Assembly: GCA_022616075.1 (NCBI GenBank)
Contig: JAKEFK010000374.1
Span: 8,560 to 72,559 of the forward strand
Reading direction: 5' to 3'
DNA from: a bacterium
Lineage (GTDB): Bacteria > Acidobacteriota > HRBIN11 > JAKEFK01
Length of the DNA stretch: 64,000 bases
Shown here one piece after another: positions 27,886-37,590 of the stretch. The translations under genes were made by a program, and so were the position numbers. The notes beneath the pieces were generated by a model. That model saw nothing but the letters and a program-made list of their open reading frames with translations. It had not been told where the DNA came from and searched no databases. The first letter of the stretch is position 1. Each line of letters starts with the position of its first letter.

Positions 27886-29028
27886 ATGTCTCGCATCAAA
27901 AATCCGCAGATTGTTCCGTACAGGGGTTACGGGAGCTCATTCAAAATCTTTCTCAAAGGCCGGGTCCTGGAAAACAAAAACGTGGGTCTTTCCACGGAAC
28001 ACGATTCGGCATGGAAAAATCTTCGAAATGTTTGGAAAAGATTTGAAAGCGATGAGATTCCCGGCGCGCGATTAATCGCGTCGATGAATCAGGTTTCCGA
28101 AGAAGTAACGGCAAATGAAGAAGGGTACTTTACGGTCACTTTGCAAACACCAGAGCCCTTACCGGATGAGAATCTCTGGCATCCGGTGGATTTGCAGCTG
28201 TTAAGTCCGTTCCATCCCGCTCAAGAACCGATTCGTGAAACGGGACTTGTCATGGTAGCTCCTAAAGGTGCGAGATTTGGAGTTATCAGTGATATGGATG
28301 ACACCGTGTTGCAATCGGATGCCACCAATTTTCTTCGCATGGTAAAAAACGTGGCGCTGGGAAATGCCAGGACCCGGATGCCATTCAAAGGCGTCGCAGC
28401 ATTTTACCAGGCCTTGCACGAAGAAGATGGCAAACCGACCAATCCGCTTTTTTATGTATCAAGCAGCCCCTGGAATCTATATGATCTGTTGATGGAATTT
28501 TTTAACTTGCAGAATATTCCCATTGGACCTTTACTGCTTCGGGATTGGGGAACTTACCGCAGCGGTCTTCCTCACAAACATCGCGAGCATAAATTGCAAT
28601 CAATCCGGCATATTCTGGATCTCTTGCCGGGTCTTCCTTTCCTTTTGATTGGCGACAGCGGACAAAAGGACCCTGAGATCTATCATGAGGTCCTGTCGAT
28701 GTACCCGAAACGGATTCTCGCAATCTACATACGAAACGTAAGTCGCAATCTAAAAAGGCCGGCGGCAATTCGGGAGCTCGCCAAAAAAGTAATTGACGCG
28801 GGAAGCACGTTGATCCTGACGGATGACACTCTTGCAGCTGCAAGACATGCAATCGAACAGGGCTGGATTAAACCGGACAAATTTCCCGAAATCATGGCCG
28901 AAAAGATTGCAAATGAAAAAGCGGAACTTGTGAAAAAAGAAGCCCCTACGGTAAAAATCGAAGCAACAGAAAACAAAAAGAGCGAAATTGATCGCGGGGC
29001 AATCGAAAAACAACTTAAGGAAAAATAG
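27886..29028 (+). CDS. App1-like phosphatidate phosphatase family protein (DUF2183, HAD-like DxDxT)
   Basis: ISDMDDTVL. LIGDSGQKDPEIY. Confidence 0.7.
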   Translation: MSRIKNPQIVPYRGYGSSFKIFLKGRVLENKNVGLSTEHDSAWKNLRNVWKRFESDEIPGARLIASMNQVSEEVTANEEGYFTVTLQTPEPLPDENLWHPVDLQLLSPFHPAQEPIRETGLVMVAPKGARFGVISDMDDTVLQSDATNFLRMVKNVALGNARTRMPFKGVAAFYQALHEEDGKPTNPLFYVSSSPWNLYDLLMEFFNLQNIPIGPLLLRDWGTYRSGLPHKHREHKLQSIRHILDLLPGLPFLLIGDSGQKDPEIYHEVLSMYPKRILAIYIRNVSRNLKRPAAIRELAKKVIDAGSTLILTDDTLAAARHAIEQGWIKPDKFPEIMAEKIANEKAELVKKEAPTVKIEATENKKSEIDRGAIEKQLKEK

Positions 29029-29032
29029 AAAA

Positions 29033-29242
29033 GTAGTGGCAGAGCATTTGCCATTGTCTTCGAATGAGATTGTTCTCTCACGCTGCCTGTCATAGCACGA
29101 GCATACGTCCTGCCAACAAATGCTCTACTTCGTCCGGGAGGCTAGCAGACCATTTTCATGCAAATACAATTTAGAGTTGAGGGAGAACCTTTAGTTAGTT
29201 AACGTTTGTATACACGCGGGATGGAAAATGCTCTGCCACTAC
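29033..29242. mobile_element. MITE-like element family D (about 210 bp, terminal inverted repeats GTAGTGGCAGAGCATTTGCC / AAATGCTCTGCCACTAC)
   Basis: Terminal inverted repeats plus an internal partial repeat of the terminal sequence. Second full copy at 52813-53012. Confidence 0.65.
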
Positions 29243-29984
29243 GACCTTGTTTAGATAAGAATATTGTCGAAGCGAAGCCAAGTGCGAGGAGCCCGAAACT
29301 CATTCCGAGTGGAATCCAGGGAGACGCAGGTGATCGCTTTTCGACTGGTGCGATCTTTTTTGCAGGTAGGCTGACTACCTGAACCGGTTCGGGCTCTTTC
29401 GGTTCCTCGGTCGGCTCGGGTTTCTTTATTTTAGTTCTGGCGGCTACCTTCTGCGTTGTCAGCTCAAAATTTTCCTGAAACATTTCGTCGCTCAGCACGA
29501 TTCTTCTATAACTATTTGTCCTTTTGTCACGAACAATGACGGTCGTGGAAAAGGGACCTTTCTGAACAATATGGACCGTTTGACCTTTTCCGACCGAGCC
29601 GGCCGGTCGAACAGCAACGGCCGTTTGGGCAGCAGAATCCCATTGAGCTTTTAGCTCCTCCTGTGAGGGACCAGTCTTTACCTCGACTTGCTCGATCTTG
29701 TGGACCGTTATGCCATCGGTGGAGAAACCATACGGAAAATCCGGACGCTTCAAGCCCATATTGCGATAATCAATTGCGTCGGTCCGCACGGTGGTGGTTA
29801 TCCCGGTAGAAAGAAACAAGTAGGTTTTCTCACCGCGGAACTCCATCTTACTAACTCTTTTTGACGTCCCATCCTTCAAATGTACGAGAAAGTCGGCGTG
29901 GCAAACCTGAAGGAAACCAAAGAGCAACATAAAGAGAATGGCGTAAACTTTACAGCCCGAGCTGTTGCTTGAGTTCGTTTTCAT
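29199..29984 (-). CDS. Secreted protein with Pro/Glu-rich linker and C-terminal single TM anchor
   Basis: Signal peptide. PEPTEEPKEPEP linker. C-terminal PLGMSFGLLALGFASTIFL helix followed by basic residues. Overlaps the rhomboid gene's 3' end. Confidence 0.5.
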   Translation of the reverse strand: MKTNSSNSSGCKVYAILFMLLFGFLQVCHADFLVHLKDGTSKRVSKMEFRGEKTYLFLSTGITTTVRTDAIDYRNMGLKRPDFPYGFSTDGITVHKIEQVEVKTGPSQEELKAQWDSAAQTAVAVRPAGSVGKGQTVHIVQKGPFSTTVIVRDKRTNSYRRIVLSDEMFQENFELTTQKVAARTKIKKPEPTEEPKEPEPVQVVSLPAKKIAPVEKRSPASPWIPLGMSFGLLALGFASTIFLSKQGRSGRAFSIPRVYKR

Positions 29985-31926
29985 ATTCCTTTAACCGTCT
30001 ATAAGTGGCAAAACCGGAGAGACATTTGCTCTCATCCGGCATCGGCGTGGCATTGCTGCTGGCGAGAATGTTTTCAATCATCTTCTTGTAAGATTCGCCG
30101 GAAGTTAGCGGCGCGCCAGGAAACATCTTTTTGAAATCAAAACGGTAACTGAATGTCCGGTAATGAATATACTTGCCCCTGTTGGTTGGATCAGGCACAA
30201 CAAGATCCAGGACAAGGTAATCTTTTTCAGCCTTTGGCGCAGTGGGAGATGGATTCTTGATCCGTCCAACAGAAATATAACGAATCTGTTTCCACGGGAG
30301 GAGTCCGTGTTCCTGTTTCTCATTTCGTAATTGCATCCCTTCCACTGTGCATCTTTCAATCCAACAGGAAACGGTTGTGCTATTTTGATTGAAACCGGGA
30401 TCCGGCAGAAGCACAAAGTCGGCGTCCTTCGGAGTTTCGATAGTGTGCGGATCGAATATTGATTCATCCAACTCCGGGGTCTTAGGCGTAATGAAGATGC
30501 GATATCGTTGCAGATCAGATTTCAATATGGCATGCCATTGCGAATCCACCTTTGGATGCGAATACGCCTTTGACAAAAACTCGATGCCTCTTTGCTTGAG
30601 ATCCAACTTATCCATGCAAAGATGACCTGCTTTGATTAAGGCCTGGATCGTCAAAGGATCATCGGGGTAAATCCCGATCAACTTTTCATATATTTCAAGA
30701 CTGGTTCTATAATCCGGTAAATGTTCATAAAAAGCGGCCAATCCGAGTAACGTTTTTGGCGGAAGCGCTTTTGATCTTATAGTGCCTCGTCCGTATTCGC
30801 TGTAAATATCCCATATCAAATTAACGTCCCTTTTGCGTATTAATGCTTCCAATAAATTTGCCGTATATTGGCGGTCCGCTTCTTCATTTCCATTAAGGAG
30901 CGCAATCCTCTTTAATTCCATATATGCTTCGACATGATCCGGCTCCGATTGGATTACCTGATGCAAAAGTTCTTTTGCCTGCACATAATTTGATTTTTGC
31001 GATAATTCCATCGCGCGAAGGAAACGGGAATCCTGAACAATTCCAATCTTCTTCTCAATGTATGGGTCAATGAATTTTTCTTCGAACCGGAGCACATTCA
31101 TCGCAATTCCGAATACCGCTCCGAAAAGGAAACCGCCGATATGAGCCCAGAAAGCCACACCGGCGCTTTCTCCAAGAGTCGCGGCGGACCAGAACTGGAT
31201 GAGTAACCACAAAGGAAGAGCAATCCATGCGGGAGCAAGAAAAGTGCCGCGAATCCAAATTCCAATCAAATAGAAAAACTTGATACGAGTGTTATACAGC
31301 CGCACAAGAAACGCGCCCATGATCGCGGCAATTGCTCCGGATGCGCCGATTAAAGGGACTTCGCTTTCCGGGAATTTCAAATCATGCGTCCACGCAGCCA
31401 GAATTCCACCGCTCAGATAAAAGGTGAGATAAAGAGGTTTTCCCCAAAGATCCTCAATCGTGCAACCGGCGATGTAGAGGAAAAGCATGTTTCCAAGGAG
31501 ATGCTCCCAGTTACCGTGCAAAAACATGCTGGTGATAAAACTCCACCAGTGGGGCTTAACCGGACGATGACCGTATTGAAAATCAGGGGATTCCTCGATC
31601 ATCTTCCAAACGTTTTCAGCTTTTTTATCCAGAACCGCCTGCTCCTCTGCGATTTGCTGGTCCGTCAGACCCGAGATGTCTTTCTCCCCGACTTCTTTAA
31701 GTGATTCCTGATCGAAAAGTTTCAGCAGATTCTGCGGTAGCTCCAGGTAAGGGTGGTCCCGGTAGTAGCGAAGCATATCCTGTGCAGCTTTGTCTATTTC
31801 AACTTCATCGGGCGCAGAGGATGAGAGGGTAACAAAAATCAGAACATTGAGTCCGATCAAAAAGTAAGTGATCCAGGATCGTCGTCTGACAACTTGATCT
31901 TCATGACCATAAGGTATGAGCAACAT
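29950..31926 (-). CDS. Rhomboid-family intramembrane serine protease fused to TPR-containing C-terminal region
   Basis: GASGAIAAIMGAF (GxSG) and AHIGGFLFG (catalytic His) in TM helices. TPR-like repeats after residue 290. Confidence 0.8.
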   Translation of the reverse strand: MLLIPYGHEDQVVRRRSWITYFLIGLNVLIFVTLSSSAPDEVEIDKAAQDMLRYYRDHPYLELPQNLLKLFDQESLKEVGEKDISGLTDQQIAEEQAVLDKKAENVWKMIEESPDFQYGHRPVKPHWWSFITSMFLHGNWEHLLGNMLFLYIAGCTIEDLWGKPLYLTFYLSGGILAAWTHDLKFPESEVPLIGASGAIAAIMGAFLVRLYNTRIKFFYLIGIWIRGTFLAPAWIALPLWLLIQFWSAATLGESAGVAFWAHIGGFLFGAVFGIAMNVLRFEEKFIDPYIEKKIGIVQDSRFLRAMELSQKSNYVQAKELLHQVIQSEPDHVEAYMELKRIALLNGNEEADRQYTANLLEALIRKRDVNLIWDIYSEYGRGTIRSKALPPKTLLGLAAFYEHLPDYRTSLEIYEKLIGIYPDDPLTIQALIKAGHLCMDKLDLKQRGIEFLSKAYSHPKVDSQWHAILKSDLQRYRIFITPKTPELDESIFDPHTIETPKDADFVLLPDPGFNQNSTTVSCWIERCTVEGMQLRNEKQEHGLLPWKQIRYISVGRIKNPSPTAPKAEKDYLVLDLVVPDPTNRGKYIHYRTFSYRFDFKKMFPGAPLTSGESYKKMIENILASSNATPMPDESKCLSGFATYRRLKEYENELKQQLGL

Positions 31927-31993
31927 AGCAGCAGGAGCGCTTTTTTATCATACAGCATTCCCGATGTGGTGCGGACGACTCGCAAACTACAAA

Positions 31994-32761
31994 CTATCCC
32001 CAGAAGCCTGTGACCCAACGGATTCTTCCTGCCGGCGAGAGTAGAAAAATGTTCGTGCCTTTGCTCATTTCTGTTCCATCCGTTTTCAATACTTTCCAAT
32101 GCGCAAGCACAGCGCCCTGACATTCGTGGACGTCGCCATCTCTAACAATCGTCAAGCCTGGCATGAAATGATGGATCGCGGAAAGATGCCCATTCAAATC
32201 CTCAAGTCCGGATGTGCAGCTGTACTTATCCTGAAAACTCATATTTCCTTCCAGGAGCGTCTCCATCTTCTGCCTTCGTGCCTCCGGATCTTTCGAATTC
32301 CACAACTCGAAATAAGCATCCACTTTGTTCTGGATATCGGAATGCTGGTCGCAGGAAGCAACGTTTGCAAAGAGAGCGAGCTGATAACGCCATCCTTGGA
32401 TGAACTCATCACGCACAGCCGCATCAGACAACTCGTGCCGCAGCGTAACCTGTGTGCCGTCCGAAAGTTCTTGTAATGTGATCGTGACCAGCGAGCCTTC
32501 CGGTGGAATCGGTTTGCCCGAATCAAAACCATAAGAAAACACAATTCTTTCGGGTGGCTCGATCTCCAGGATTTTCCCTGAAGCCTGGATTCCATTGGGA
32601 AAGCGGATTTTCATTGACCCTCCCGGCCGCCCTTCTATAGTGGATCCCTCGCCCCACCAATCGGCGAAACGTTTCGAATCGGTGAAATATCGAAATACCG
32701 TTGACCGCTTTGCGCAAATCAGAATCTTCCTTTCCAGATTGTGTGTCAGACCGGTGGTCAT
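31994..32761 (-). CDS. SRPBCC (AHSA1-like) domain plus SnoaL/NTF2-like domain protein
   Basis: N-terminal AHSA1-like block. 4-nt overlap with the ArsR gene. Confidence 0.6.
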   Translation of the reverse strand: MTTGLTHNLERKILICAKRSTVFRYFTDSKRFADWWGEGSTIEGRPGGSMKIRFPNGIQASGKILEIEPPERIVFSYGFDSGKPIPPEGSLVTITLQELSDGTQVTLRHELSDAAVRDEFIQGWRYQLALFANVASCDQHSDIQNKVDAYFELWNSKDPEARRQKMETLLEGNMSFQDKYSCTSGLEDLNGHLSAIHHFMPGLTIVRDGDVHECQGAVLAHWKVLKTDGTEMSKGTNIFLLSPAGRIRWVTGFWG

Positions 32762-33096
32762 GATGATTTACTCCTTTTCTTTTGTCGTGGCCCACGCCGG
32801 GCACTTTCCAGCTCGGCGCGAATCTTCAAGCGATACAAAGCGTCGTCCCACATTTGCTCCAGGTATTTGCGGAGAGCTCCCAGCTCCTCCTTTCTTGCGA
32901 GGTAAAAACGGAACGTTCCTTCTTCACGCTTTGACACGAGGCCAGCCTCCTCCAGAATGCGAAGATGCTGGGAAACAGCTCCGAACGTGACATCACGCTG
33001 ACGCCGGCAGATCTCACCGGCAGAGAGCTCTTCGTCCCAAACCAATCGCAAAATCTCCCGCCTTCTCGGCGTTTGCAATGCTTGAAATACTTCCAT
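32758..33096 (-). CDS. ArsR/SmtB-family transcriptional regulator
   Basis: ELSAGEICRRQRDVTFGAVSQHLRILEEAGLV (HTH). Confidence 0.8.
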   Translation of the reverse strand: MEVFQALQTPRRREILRLVWDEELSAGEICRRQRDVTFGAVSQHLRILEEAGLVSKREEGTFRFYLARKEELGALRKYLEQMWDDALYRLKIRAELESARRGPRQKKRSKSS

Positions 33097-33146
33097 GTGC
33101 TATATTTTAGTATAAACTAAAATAAAGTCAAGAAAAAAAATCCTCT

Positions 33147-34574
33147 CTATCTTGGCGCCTTGGCGTCTTGGCGGTTTCGTCGCACATAAACCGTTCCGCC
33201 GTTCAGCGAACCATCGAAGGTCTTGATCAGATCGAAATCCTTTTCCAGCGCTTTCATCATTTCCGGATACAGAGTTCTTGCATCTTCCGGAAATATGTAC
33301 AGCACCCACAACTGTGAACCATCAGATTGCAAAGCGCGCAGGGATTCCGGTGTTTCTACTTTCTCGTATGGAAGGCGATGGTACCCGTGATAGACCAGCC
33401 TAATTCTCCCGGCTGTCGCGATCACGTCGCGGGGCGATTTGTTCTTTTCCACAAAAATCCTGGCTCCGAGAAAATCCTGTTTCGGGCCATATGCTCGAGG
33501 CAATGCAAGCGCGGAAAGCAAAATCAACAGGATGCAGATGGCTGTGCCTGGAAACCGGCCGTACTTCTCCGGAACCAAAAGAGCTCCAAGGGACATGGTT
33601 CCCCGAACCAGAACAAGCATTGCCAGACCAAAATTAAAAAAGAAGAAACGGGGCCACAGGGGATGTCCGAGAGCCAGAGTAATCACTGACCCGATCAAAA
33701 CGGGCAGGATCAACAATTGAACGACGATTGGCTTTGTGCGGCTATAGCTGAAGAGGCCTGCTCCGAAGATGAGCAAAGCGACCAGAGCGACGATGCCTCC
33801 AGCAAAATGCAATTTCATTCCTCGAACGATCTCAAGTAGGGTCCACAGGGGCTGCTTCCACATGGCCACCGTACTTTCTTCGCCCATTGTCAGAAACATT
33901 TTCCCGAGAACAGGTGAGTACAAAAGGAGCGTGAGCAGGCCACCAAGACAAAATCCATACAGAAGTCCGTCCCATGGCCGTACTTTTATCTCGCGCCGGA
34001 CCTTCCACAAATAAATAACAAAGTGACCTGCAGGAACAAATAACATCGTCAGCTGTGTGTACATTCCTAAAGCGAGCGTTACTCCGTAAAGCATCCATTT
34101 CTTGCGGTCATTGGACGCCAGACAGCGCAAGAGAAGCAGCGCGCTTGCCATGGTCCAGAATTGAAGGCCCGTATAGCCTCTTGCATTCTGACTGAACCAG
34201 ATGTGGAAATACGAAACACACAACAGGCCCACCGTGAGAAGGGCTTCTAACCGGTTAGTAACCTCACATCCAAACCGGGAAACGAGCCAGAGGGCGCCTA
34301 CGCCGAAGATGACTGCCGGCAAACGGAGGGCCCATTCACTTTCACCAAACAGCACTATAGATAAATGAGCAAGGATGGAATAAAAGAAATGCTGATTCTC
34401 AGAATCAAATGCAAATATCAGTTCGTTGAACGGAAGCCTTACGTAACGAACGGCTGTGAGCACTTCATCAAACCACAGACCTTCGTTTAAACGGTACATG
34501 CGTAAAAAAGTCGCGACACCAAGAGTGAAGAGAAACAGCATGTTGAATAATGCATCGCGATGGTCGTTGTTCAT
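33147..34574 (-). CDS. GT-C family membrane glycosyltransferase (ArnT/PMT GT39/GT83-like)
   Basis: About 12 TM. The C-terminal tail RQDAKAPR is encoded by the CTTGG-palindrome repeat at 33149-33178. Confidence 0.6.
   Translation of the reverse strand: MNNDHRDALFNMLFLFTLGVATFLRMYRLNEGLWFDEVLTAVRYVRLPFNELIFAFDSENQHFFYSILAHLSIVLFGESEWALRLPAVIFGVGALWLVSRFGCEVTNRLEALLTVGLLCVSYFHIWFSQNARGYTGLQFWTMASALLLLRCLASNDRKKWMLYGVTLALGMYTQLTMLFVPAGHFVIYLWKVRREIKVRPWDGLLYGFCLGGLLTLLLYSPVLGKMFLTMGEESTVAMWKQPLWTLLEIVRGMKLHFAGGIVALVALLIFGAGLFSYSRTKPIVVQLLILPVLIGSVITLALGHPLWPRFFFFNFGLAMLVLVRGTMSLGALLVPEKYGRFPGTAICILLILLSALALPRAYGPKQDFLGARIFVEKNKSPRDVIATAGRIRLVYHGYHRLPYEKVETPESLRALQSDGSQLWVLYIFPEDARTLYPEMMKALEKDFDLIKTFDGSLNGGTVYVRRNRQDAKAPR
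33149..33178. repeat. CTTGG-pentamer repeat family C (half element)
   Basis: TCTTGGCGCCTTGGCGTCTTGGCGG. Confidence 0.6.
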
Positions 34575-34608
34575 GCCGCTATTTTGCCCTATTCTAAGCT
34601 GGAAAACT

Positions 34609-36120
34609 ATGGCTTCTCAGCCGTCAGCATGGCGCTTTTCAACGCGCGGAATTGCCGTTCGTTTGTTCTTCACCTGCTGGATCCTTTACGCTTTGCATTT
34701 TGCGACAAACATCGTTCGCGAAATTTATCTTGCTGCCTCGCTAGGAGATCATTGCTCGTTTCGAGTGGATGAGTACGCCGGTTTACATCCGGATCTTTTT
34801 GAGAAGAAAGGATACGGATGGCACATCAATAACAATCCAGGCGCTTCGATGATCGCATCGCTGCCCTATTTCTTGAACCGGTTCTGGATCGATCCTCTTG
34901 TCGATCGCGTACGGAACAGCCGGAGCGCGTCCGGATCGGTGAGTCCGCCTCATTATGATTCCCCGTGGCCGATGGCGCGCAAGTTTTATGCGCAAGCGTG
35001 GCAGCGCGGACTGGACATCAAGCTGGGACTCGCCGCATTGGTTATGCAAGTTTTCTGCATGGCGCCTTTATCGGCTGCCGGTGTTGTGATGATGTTTTAC
35101 GTTTTGCGCCGCATTTTTGATTCCAACCGAATCGCTTTCTGGCTATCCATTCTTTATGGATTTGCTACTCCCATTTTTTTTCGCACCGGAACGCTGAATC
35201 AAAACTTAATGACGGCACACATCGTTTTTGCCGGTTTCACGCTTTTGTGGAATCCAGCCACGCGAACGAATTGGAAAGTGGAATGGCGCTTTACTTTGGC
35301 CGGACTCGCAGGCGGACTCGCCGTATTGCTGGATTACAGCGGCGTCATCTTACTTACTTTACTCTTCGTGTACGGATGGTTTAAGAACAAAGAAAATCGT
35401 TTGGGGAATAGCTTGCTATTTATTGCGAGCGCGTTTCTTCCGATTCTCTTACTGTGGTTCTATCAATGGAGGAGTTTTGGGCATCCGTTTTATCCACCGC
35501 AATACCACATGCCGGTGATCAACCCATGGGTGGAAACAGGGTTTCGCGGGTTTGTGGGTCCGAGACCACATTTGATGTGGTCCCTGTTGTTTGATTACCG
35601 TTACGGTTTGTTTTTGAGCTGTCCCCTTTTATTGTTGGCTCCCTTTTCCTTCTTGATCCGGCGTTACAATTTCCCGCGATTGGAAAAAACGTTCTTTTTC
35701 CTCTTCTTTCTCGGTCTTTGGATTTTTTTTAGTGGAGTCAATTACACCAACTTGCAATTCAATACCGGAATCCGGTATCTGGTGGCGATCGTCCCTTTCT
35801 TGTTTATACCGGCTGTGATGGTACTCATGGCCTTGCCTCGCGCACTTGCATTGCTGGTGTCACTGGTGGCTCTGTTTCAATCCTGGTGTCTCGCGATGTA
35901 CCGCGACGTGGAACGAGGCTCAGGAATTCTGGAACCTGTGAAGCAGATTCTTAGTGACGGCTTGGAGTTGCCTGTTTTCACAACCCTGAGCCGCATGCAA
36001 GCTCTGAAAGAATTACTACCGTTCGGCGCCTCTCCCTTGCCAGTCTTTCTGGTAACCGCCTGTGTTCTCTATTTTACCTGGCGCCGTTCGGGACATACAC
36101 GCGATGAACTCCATTTATAG
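34609..36120 (+). CDS. Polytopic membrane protein (about 503 aa), putative glycan-processing membrane enzyme
   Basis: Start trimmed to MASQ at 34609 to avoid overlap with the convergent gene. At least 10 TM. Confidence 0.5.
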   Translation: MASQPSAWRFSTRGIAVRLFFTCWILYALHFATNIVREIYLAASLGDHCSFRVDEYAGLHPDLFEKKGYGWHINNNPGASMIASLPYFLNRFWIDPLVDRVRNSRSASGSVSPPHYDSPWPMARKFYAQAWQRGLDIKLGLAALVMQVFCMAPLSAAGVVMMFYVLRRIFDSNRIAFWLSILYGFATPIFFRTGTLNQNLMTAHIVFAGFTLLWNPATRTNWKVEWRFTLAGLAGGLAVLLDYSGVILLTLLFVYGWFKNKENRLGNSLLFIASAFLPILLLWFYQWRSFGHPFYPPQYHMPVINPWVETGFRGFVGPRPHLMWSLLFDYRYGLFLSCPLLLLAPFSFLIRRYNFPRLEKTFFFLFFLGLWIFFSGVNYTNLQFNTGIRYLVAIVPFLFIPAVMVLMALPRALALLVSLVALFQSWCLAMYRDVERGSGILEPVKQILSDGLELPVFTTLSRMQALKELLPFGASPLPVFLVTACVLYFTWRRSGHTRDELHL

Positions 36121-36161
36121 TTTGGTAAAATAGCGCAAGAGCGACGCTAAGGAGTGGTGCA

Positions 36162-36602
36162 ATGTCGACCGCATTGATGGTTAGATCGGAGAAAAAGGGG
36201 CCGGTCTTTTTTCCTGACCGGGAATACGGAAACATTATCCCCCATGCAATTTCGAGTCTTGAGGAACTGGCCAGGAATCTGAATATCCCTACCATCGATT
36301 CTTTCACTTATATGGAACCTGACTTACTTCGTTCAGCAATTGATATGGTGGAAGGAGAAAAAGCTGAAAAATTGAAGAAACGATTGCGCGATCAGCTGGA
36401 ATGGCACAGTGCTGAAGAAGGATTGAAGTCAATTGAGGGACTGAAAGCATCGGTAAAAGATTCCTCCTCCAGGATAGAATTCCGAATGCGAGGGCCGCAC
36501 AACGAACTGGTGGATGCCCTATTCCAGGATCTTCAGGATGTTTCCGAGATCCTTACCGAGCTGGCCAAATCCGGTGACCGCTTCCGTTTTGAAGCCGCAT
36601 AG
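36162..36602 (+). CDS. Hypothetical soluble protein (146 aa)
   Basis: AAGGAG Shine-Dalgarno 8 nt upstream. Coiled-coil-like middle. Confidence 0.5.
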   Translation: MSTALMVRSEKKGPVFFPDREYGNIIPHAISSLEELARNLNIPTIDSFTYMEPDLLRSAIDMVEGEKAEKLKKRLRDQLEWHSAEEGLKSIEGLKASVKDSSSRIEFRMRGPHNELVDALFQDLQDVSEILTELAKSGDRFRFEAA

Positions 36603-36628
36603 TTTGCGGCAGGAAAATGAATCGGTGT

Positions 36629-37492
36629 TCAACTGGTGTCTAAGGTTTCACTAAAATTCATCTGCATTTCGTATTGCGCGGAAGACCATTCAAAACCGAT
36701 TCGCCGCAAAAAGGTGATGGTTCCGGTAGCCGATCCATCCACATTTCCAATGCGCGCGGATCTTCCCGGTTGAACGTGTGTTTGAAGAGCGGCCAGCAGT
36801 GCTGCGCCTGCGCCCTGTTTTCTGTGATCATGTTGAATGGCAAATTGCGGTATGTCACCAGTGTCAGGAAATACGATGCCGTAACCAATGAGCTGGGATC
36901 CACTAAAGATGCCAAGCAAAATTTTTGGCATTTTGCTTCGCTGTATCGATGATATTGAATTTTGCCAGGAGGGATGCCAGTCCCAGAATCGTTCAAAGAG
37001 TTCCCACATCGGCTCGATCGTTTTTATGGTGAAAGAAGACTGGCGGGACTGCGCTTCTTTTGGACCGGAGAAAATCTCGAGATCTCGCTCAACGGAAAAA
37101 CCTGTCTTTTTATATAAAGTGAACGCCGCGGAGTTTTTCGCGAATACTTCAAGCACGTATCGAGTGGCTCCCGTTCCTTTCAGTCTGGATAAGCTGAATT
37201 CGAATATTCCTTGAGCGATTCCTTTTCGTCTCGCTTCAGGAACAATTCCGGTTGCTACATCATAGATGGTAGGAATCCCTTGATAGTGATCGAACGCATT
37301 GATTGTGAATCCAACCGGCTCGTCCTCCTGAAATGCCGCAACGGATAATTCCTTTTGTCCTCCTCTTCGCGTTAAAAGTTCGGAAAACTGATCCCGCGTA
37401 AGATTCATCGGAACGAAATAATCGGAAAAAGCGCGGAGGAAGATAGGATGTAAATCAATCAGGTCGAAGTCATCAAGAAAGCGGTATTCCAT
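36629..37492 (-). CDS. Tandem GNAT-family N-acetyltransferase
   Basis: Two acetyl-CoA-binding-like blocks (RRKGIAQGIFEF… and RKQGAGAALLAAL…). Start trimmed to MEYRF. Confidence 0.65.
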   Translation of the reverse strand: MEYRFLDDFDLIDLHPIFLRAFSDYFVPMNLTRDQFSELLTRRGGQKELSVAAFQEDEPVGFTINAFDHYQGIPTIYDVATGIVPEARRKGIAQGIFEFSLSRLKGTGATRYVLEVFAKNSAAFTLYKKTGFSVERDLEIFSGPKEAQSRQSSFTIKTIEPMWELFERFWDWHPSWQNSISSIQRSKMPKILLGIFSGSQLIGYGIVFPDTGDIPQFAIQHDHRKQGAGAALLAALQTHVQPGRSARIGNVDGSATGTITFLRRIGFEWSSAQYEMQMNFSETLDTS

Positions 37493-37503
37493 AGCTCTAA
37501 GAT

Positions 37504-37583
37504 TGCGGGCAGGATGCCCGCGGCCCGTAATGCAGGCTGGAAGCCTGCGCTCCATATGCCCGCGGACGAGACGTCCGCGCTAC
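37504..37583. repeat. REP-like composite palindromic element (family A right arm plus extra hairpins)
   Basis: …CGCGGACGAGACGTCCGCGCTAC plus the GCAGGCTGGAAGCCTGC hairpin. Confidence 0.5.
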
Positions 37584-37590
37584 TTTGTTT

